From: a virus
Taxonomy: Duplodnaviria > Heunggongvirae > Uroviricota > Caudoviricetes
Length of the DNA stretch: 64,000 nt
Strand: one strand, 5' to 3'
IMG/VR virus record: IMGVR_UViG_3300037418_003161
Location: 44,420 to 108,419 of that record
In this document: piece by piece, positions 60,685 through 64,000 of the stretch
How positions within the stretch are numbered: the stretch's first letter is position 1
Layout: every line of letters begins with the position of its first letter
Position numbers and translations under genes: made by a program
The notes under the pieces: model-generated
Seen by the model: only the letters and a program-made list of their open reading frames with translations
Database searches by the model: none
Told to the model about the DNA's origin: nothing

Positions 60685-62208
60685 ATGGATGATAAAAACT
60701 TAGATTGGTTCCAGTTTTCCCCTAACAAATTCTATTTTGGGTCATTGGAACTTCCCCCACACATAGTAGGAATATATATAAGATTACTTTGTCAGGAATG
60801 GTTCAATGGGAGTATATCTTCCGAACTACCCGGCGTAGACGATACTCTGACGGTTACAGGTGAAATTTTATCGATTGACAATCCAACCGGGGGTTCAACC
60901 CCCCTTGGTGCAAATTACAACACAAACAAAAATAGTGTAATAAAAATCAAACTCAACCGTGAAGCCTTGTGGGAGGTTCTGAAAAATAAATTCGAACAGC
61001 AGGAAAATGGTAGGTATATCAATAAACCCTTGGAAGAGGAGAGAGCCAAAACTGTAAAACGCATTGAAAAACAATTACTTGATGTGGAAAATGGGCGAAG
61101 AGGGGGCCAAAAAAGTGCAGTCAAACGTAAGGTTTTACAGGAGCTATTTCCAACCCCCGGTTCAACCCCCCCTTCAAGCGGGGGTTCAAGCCACCCTTCA
61201 ACCCCCGGTTCAACCGAGGGTGCAACCCCCCTGCCAAGCCGGGTTCAACCTATTACATTACATTACATTAGTAATATAAACTACCCACTAGATTTTCCAA
61301 ATGTGGATAAAAATGTGGATAACTCAAATATCCTCCAAAGTAAGATTACAGAAATTCTTAATACAAACCTTGATGACCTCCTACTTGCGGGAAATTTAAT
61401 TTCAAGGCCCGGAAACTTCGTAAAATTTGCGGTTGAGTATTGGGCCAAGGAAATTATCGCAAAGGGGCAGGATGCGCCTCTAAATCGCTTAAGAGAGCAT
61501 TTCGTGGACACCATGAACACCCGACTTTCTGAAATTGAACGGGCCTACACCAAATTGGAACATTCGGAAGAATGGTTCACACAAGAATTGGAGCGACTCA
61601 AAACCCCGGAGATGACTCCCCGGTTTTTGAAAAAGTTTAAGGATTACTACCTCAAAAAAATGGCATCTGGCAGTTTTTACTTTCAAACTTTTCCTAATTT
61701 CTCAATGGAGAAGACTTTGACCGATTGGTTCATCAACGAACGCAAACCCAAACCCACTCGTCAACCGATGCAGCCAGTTTATGCAGTTGAACCCACGCCA
61801 ACATACAAACCAACAGATGAAGAAAAAAAGAAATTTGACGATGATATCAAAGAAATGCTTAATGGGTATTACCAAACCTATCTAAAACAAGGGGAGACCC
61901 GGTATTTGCAGATTACCCACTATGAATTTCTCCGGGAGTTTGGGTGTGACGTTGCCAGTGAATCAGAAGTGAGGGATATGCTAATGACCCAAGTGTTTAA
62001 CGAGCGGAAAAAGAAAATTGAAGTCACCGAAGAAGGTTTTAACGAAGAGGGTACACGAAGACTCAAAACCCTGAAACAGCAATACGCCACAAATAGCTTG
62101 GATGATGATGAAAAACACAAAATCCTCAAAACTGCCTACGTCCGGGCCATCACCGATTTTTTTGAGAAATTAAAATCTCAAAACAAAGAAAAAATATTTG
62201 TATTTTAA
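60685..62208 (+). CDS. Putative replication initiator (DUF1376/YdaU-like N terminus), 507 aa
   Basis: WFQFSPNKF..L..GIYIRLLC.EW..G.I..KF..NG...N..L.EE..NG.RGG.KS, followed by a repeat-encoded linker. Confidence 0.65.
   Translation: MDDKNLDWFQFSPNKFYFGSLELPPHIVGIYIRLLCQEWFNGSISSELPGVDDTLTVTGEILSIDNPTGGSTPLGANYNTNKNSVIKIKLNREALWEVLKNKFEQQENGRYINKPLEEERAKTVKRIEKQLLDVENGRRGGQKSAVKRKVLQELFPTPGSTPPSSGGSSHPSTPGSTEGATPLPSRVQPITLHYISNINYPLDFPNVDKNVDNSNILQSKITEILNTNLDDLLLAGNLISRPGNFVKFAVEYWAKEIIAKGQDAPLNRLREHFVDTMNTRLSEIERAYTKLEHSEEWFTQELERLKTPEMTPRFLKKFKDYYLKKMASGSFYFQTFPNFSMEKTLTDWFINERKPKPTRQPMQPVYAVEPTPTYKPTDEEKKKFDDDIKEMLNGYYQTYLKQGETRYLQITHYEFLREFGCDVASESEVRDMLMTQVFNERKKKIEVTEEGFNEEGTRRLKTLKQQYATNSLDDDEKHKILKTAYVRAITDFFEKLKSQNKEKIFVF
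61150..61250 (+). repeat. Eight 12-bp tandem iteron-like repeats centred on GGTTCAACC/CCTTCAAGC
   Basis: CCAACCCCCGGT TCAACCCCCCCT TCAAGCGGGGGT TCAAGCCACCCT TCAACCCCCGGT TCAACCGAGGGT GCAACCCCCCTG CCAAGCCGGGTT; a further copy at 60883-60908. Confidence 0.85.
61302..61322 (-). promoter_or_regulatory. Two perfect DnaA boxes (TTATCCACA) in tandem
   Basis: TGTGGATAA at 61302-61310 and 61314-61322. Confidence 0.7.
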
Positions 62209-62226
62209 AAAATTGTTTTATCTTTG
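62197..62226 (+). promoter_or_regulatory. Bacteroidota-type promoter (TTTG-N18-TATCTTTG)
   Basis: Consensus match at the end of the initiator-like gene. Confidence 0.7.
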
Positions 62227-62610
62227 TTTTATAAACCTTTCGGCTTGCACAAAAAAACCAAACATAAACGATTCCACGACCCACTATACCACAAATTAGT
62301 GATGCGGAAGATTCTGTCCAGAGGGAAGGTCTTTCAGGTAAGCGGTATTGATTTTTTTGTGACCAGTGTGGTGATGGTAAAAACCTTTAACCGAGAGTAC
62401 AGTATTGTTGTATTTTATTCAGAACAGATGAAATCAGACAGTGCAAACTATCGTTCAAGTGTAAAGAAATATTGGATAGATTTTATCAAAAACTACTTTG
62501 CAGAACATGTTATAATGTTGATTGCTTTAGAAAATGCGTTGAAAAATACCCAACTAAAAATATGGTATTCAAACAAACAAATTGAAATCCTATCTGAAGA
62601 AAACCCTTAA
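62224..62610 (+). CDS. Small hypothetical protein; true start probably downstream of 62224
   Basis: ORF fills the gap; the track TTG start lies inside the -7 box. Confidence 0.55.
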   Translation: MFYKPFGLHKKTKHKRFHDPLYHKLVMRKILSRGKVFQVSGIDFFVTSVVMVKTFNREYSIVVFYSEQMKSDSANYRSSVKKYWIDFIKNYFAEHVIMLIALENALKNTQLKIWYSNKQIEILSEENP

Positions 62611-62638
62611 TATTTCACCATAAAACCAAAGTTAAAAC

Positions 62639-63418
62639 ATGAAAAAAAGCAACGGTGTTATCACCCTTATCTGTCTGTTAGGATTTGTATTCCAATCCTG
62701 TACCAAGGAATCGGTCAAACCAAATGACCTTCCGGCCAATCTAAATGAATTACGTTCGTTTGTAGCCACTTCTTTACACACCACCCCGGACAAGGTGGTA
62801 TACCAATCTCAAAACAAAGAGTTTGTGGCTAATGGAGATATGGTCGTTTCACTTGAAGATGCTCAGGCACGTTTGCAACAACCTTCTCCCGGCCCAATAA
62901 CCAATGGCAGGGAAGCCCAACGTATCTTTGTTTATAGGGTTAGTCCTGATAAAATTGTAGATGTGAAATTATATGTGGACGGTACGGTATCTCGGCAGTG
63001 GAGTAAAGCAATTGATAGTGCCATCACACACTGGAATGGTACGGGTAGTGCCTTTCATATTTCACGGCTCAATTCCGGCAAGGTTAAAAAAGGTCAATAT
63101 AACATTTTGGTCACAACCATGTACGAGGAAAGCAATGTAATAGCCAGAGGAGTGTTACCCAATGTTTATGGAGATGTGGGAAGTAGAATTAGCGTTAATA
63201 CCAAATACAATACCTTGGACTTCACAACAATGCAGTTTTGCACCACACATGAAATGGGACACACTATTGGGTTTTTACATACCGACCAAACAGCCGGAGA
63301 TTTAATTCCGGGAACACCTGAAAGCGACCCGGCATCGGTAATGAACTCATATGCCAATCCGTGGGTTGGGTTTTCGCCCTATGATATAATTGCGGTTCAG
63401 ACTATATATCCTAAATGA
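62639..63418 (+). CDS. Lipoprotein M57-family zinc metalloprotease
   Basis: Signal ending FQSC; AI.HWN; HEMGHTIGFLHTD; IPGTP..DPASVMN; FSPYDIIAVQTIYP. Confidence 0.85.
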   Translation: MKKSNGVITLICLLGFVFQSCTKESVKPNDLPANLNELRSFVATSLHTTPDKVVYQSQNKEFVANGDMVVSLEDAQARLQQPSPGPITNGREAQRIFVYRVSPDKIVDVKLYVDGTVSRQWSKAIDSAITHWNGTGSAFHISRLNSGKVKKGQYNILVTTMYEESNVIARGVLPNVYGDVGSRISVNTKYNTLDFTTMQFCTTHEMGHTIGFLHTDQTAGDLIPGTPESDPASVMNSYANPWVGFSPYDIIAVQTIYPK

Positions 63419-63822
63419 ATGTATTGAGAATTATAAAAGAAAAATTTAAAGCAGAAAAAGCAAGGAGACTTCACACGAAGTCTCTTCTTGTTAAGCTGAA
63501 TGAAAGATTCGGTGGAAATTTTGAACTGGTTAGAAACCCTGTAAACAACCTTTTAACTACCATTGTACCCACGCAGAGTAGCATCGGTGAATTAATATTT
63601 ACTGTACACTATGGATATGTCCACAATGGATGGATTAAAGCCGTAATAAGACATAGAGACTTGGAATATCCTCTCAGAATGGTAATTATTGAAAGGGTCG
63701 CCAATAATGCCCATTATTTCGGTTTTACAAAGCTTTGGATAAAAAGCCACGGTTTTCATTCAAATTTCCTCTTTAAATGGGATTTGGGGTCATTACAAGA
63801 GATTGATACAACTCCCGATTAA
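63415..63822 (+). CDS. 135-aa hypothetical protein
   Basis: ATGA overlap with the protease gene; followed by a terminator. Confidence 0.65.
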   Translation: MNVLRIIKEKFKAEKARRLHTKSLLVKLNERFGGNFELVRNPVNNLLTTIVPTQSSIGELIFTVHYGYVHNGWIKAVIRHRDLEYPLRMVIIERVANNAHYFGFTKLWIKSHGFHSNFLFKWDLGSLQEIDTTPD

Positions 63823-63850
63823 AAAGAAAACCCCGGAATCTCCGGGGTTT
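63821..63850. terminator. Terminator between the convergent ORF and tRNA
   Basis: AAACCCCGGA-ATC-TCCGGGGTTT with TCTTTTT on the minus side. Confidence 0.78.
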
Positions 63851-63851
63851 G

Positions 63852-63938
63852 TGATACCTACGAGGTTCGAACTCGTATAAACCTTATGAGGGCTTTCAGT
63901 TTTAGGGACTGCTACTCTACCAATTGAGTTACGGTATC
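63852..63938 (-). tRNA. tRNA with CUA (amber-suppressor) anticodon and long variable arm; no encoded CCA
   Basis: GATACCG TA ACTC-AATTGGTA-GAGT A GCAGT-CCCTAAA-ACTGA AAGCCCTCATAAGGTTTAT ACGAG-TTCGAAC-CTCGT AGGTATC A. TATCTTTG box at 63958-63951, 12 nt upstream. Confidence 0.85.
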
Positions 63939-64000
63939 AACACCTTTTACCAAAGATAATAAATTATTGATTTTGAGGGGTAGCTATTTAATCCCATGGA

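Noticed and set aside
63852-63938. tRNA-Pyl or tRNA-Sec
   Set aside because: Standard D arm, 7/5 fold, A73 and a long variable arm fit neither: Pyl has a very short variable loop and bacterial Sec has an 8/5 fold with G73.
1-64000. Stop-codon reassignment (code 15 or 4) in this window
   Set aside because: Genes tile densely under code 11 and multi-kb ORFs lack internal TAG or TGA.

Overview
A 64-kb piece of a large T4-like (contractile-tail) dsDNA phage genome, almost certainly infecting Bacteroidota: plus-strand accessory genes carry TTTG-N18-21-TAnnTTTG promoters and I saw no clear Shine-Dalgarno sites. The minus strand holds a baseplate/tail module (gp26-like and gp51-like chaperones, tape measure, tube initiator, LysM/gp53, hub, gp25, gp6, and a gp7/gpI-like giant ORF missing from the ORF track), five virion-module genes with very long (T-P-T-x-T-x)n mucin-like tracts and host-type adhesin domains, and a replication block (gp32-like SSB, RecA/UvsX, 5'-3' exonuclease, DnaB-like helicase, class II RNR). 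The most notable observations are: (1) a DUF1376-like initiator gene containing a complete-looking origin (12-bp palindromic iterons, AT-rich stretch, two perfect DnaA boxes); (2) a long-variable-arm tRNA with an amber (CUA) anticodon in a standard-code region; (3) a candidate small RNA antisense to the start regions of the replication genes, next to a micro-ORF with a UGA-G-G-C motif inside a hairpin; (4) three distinct promoter classes; (5) two lipoprotein zinc proteases; (6) a circularly permuted captured domain. All family assignments come from motifs recognised by eye, not from database searches.
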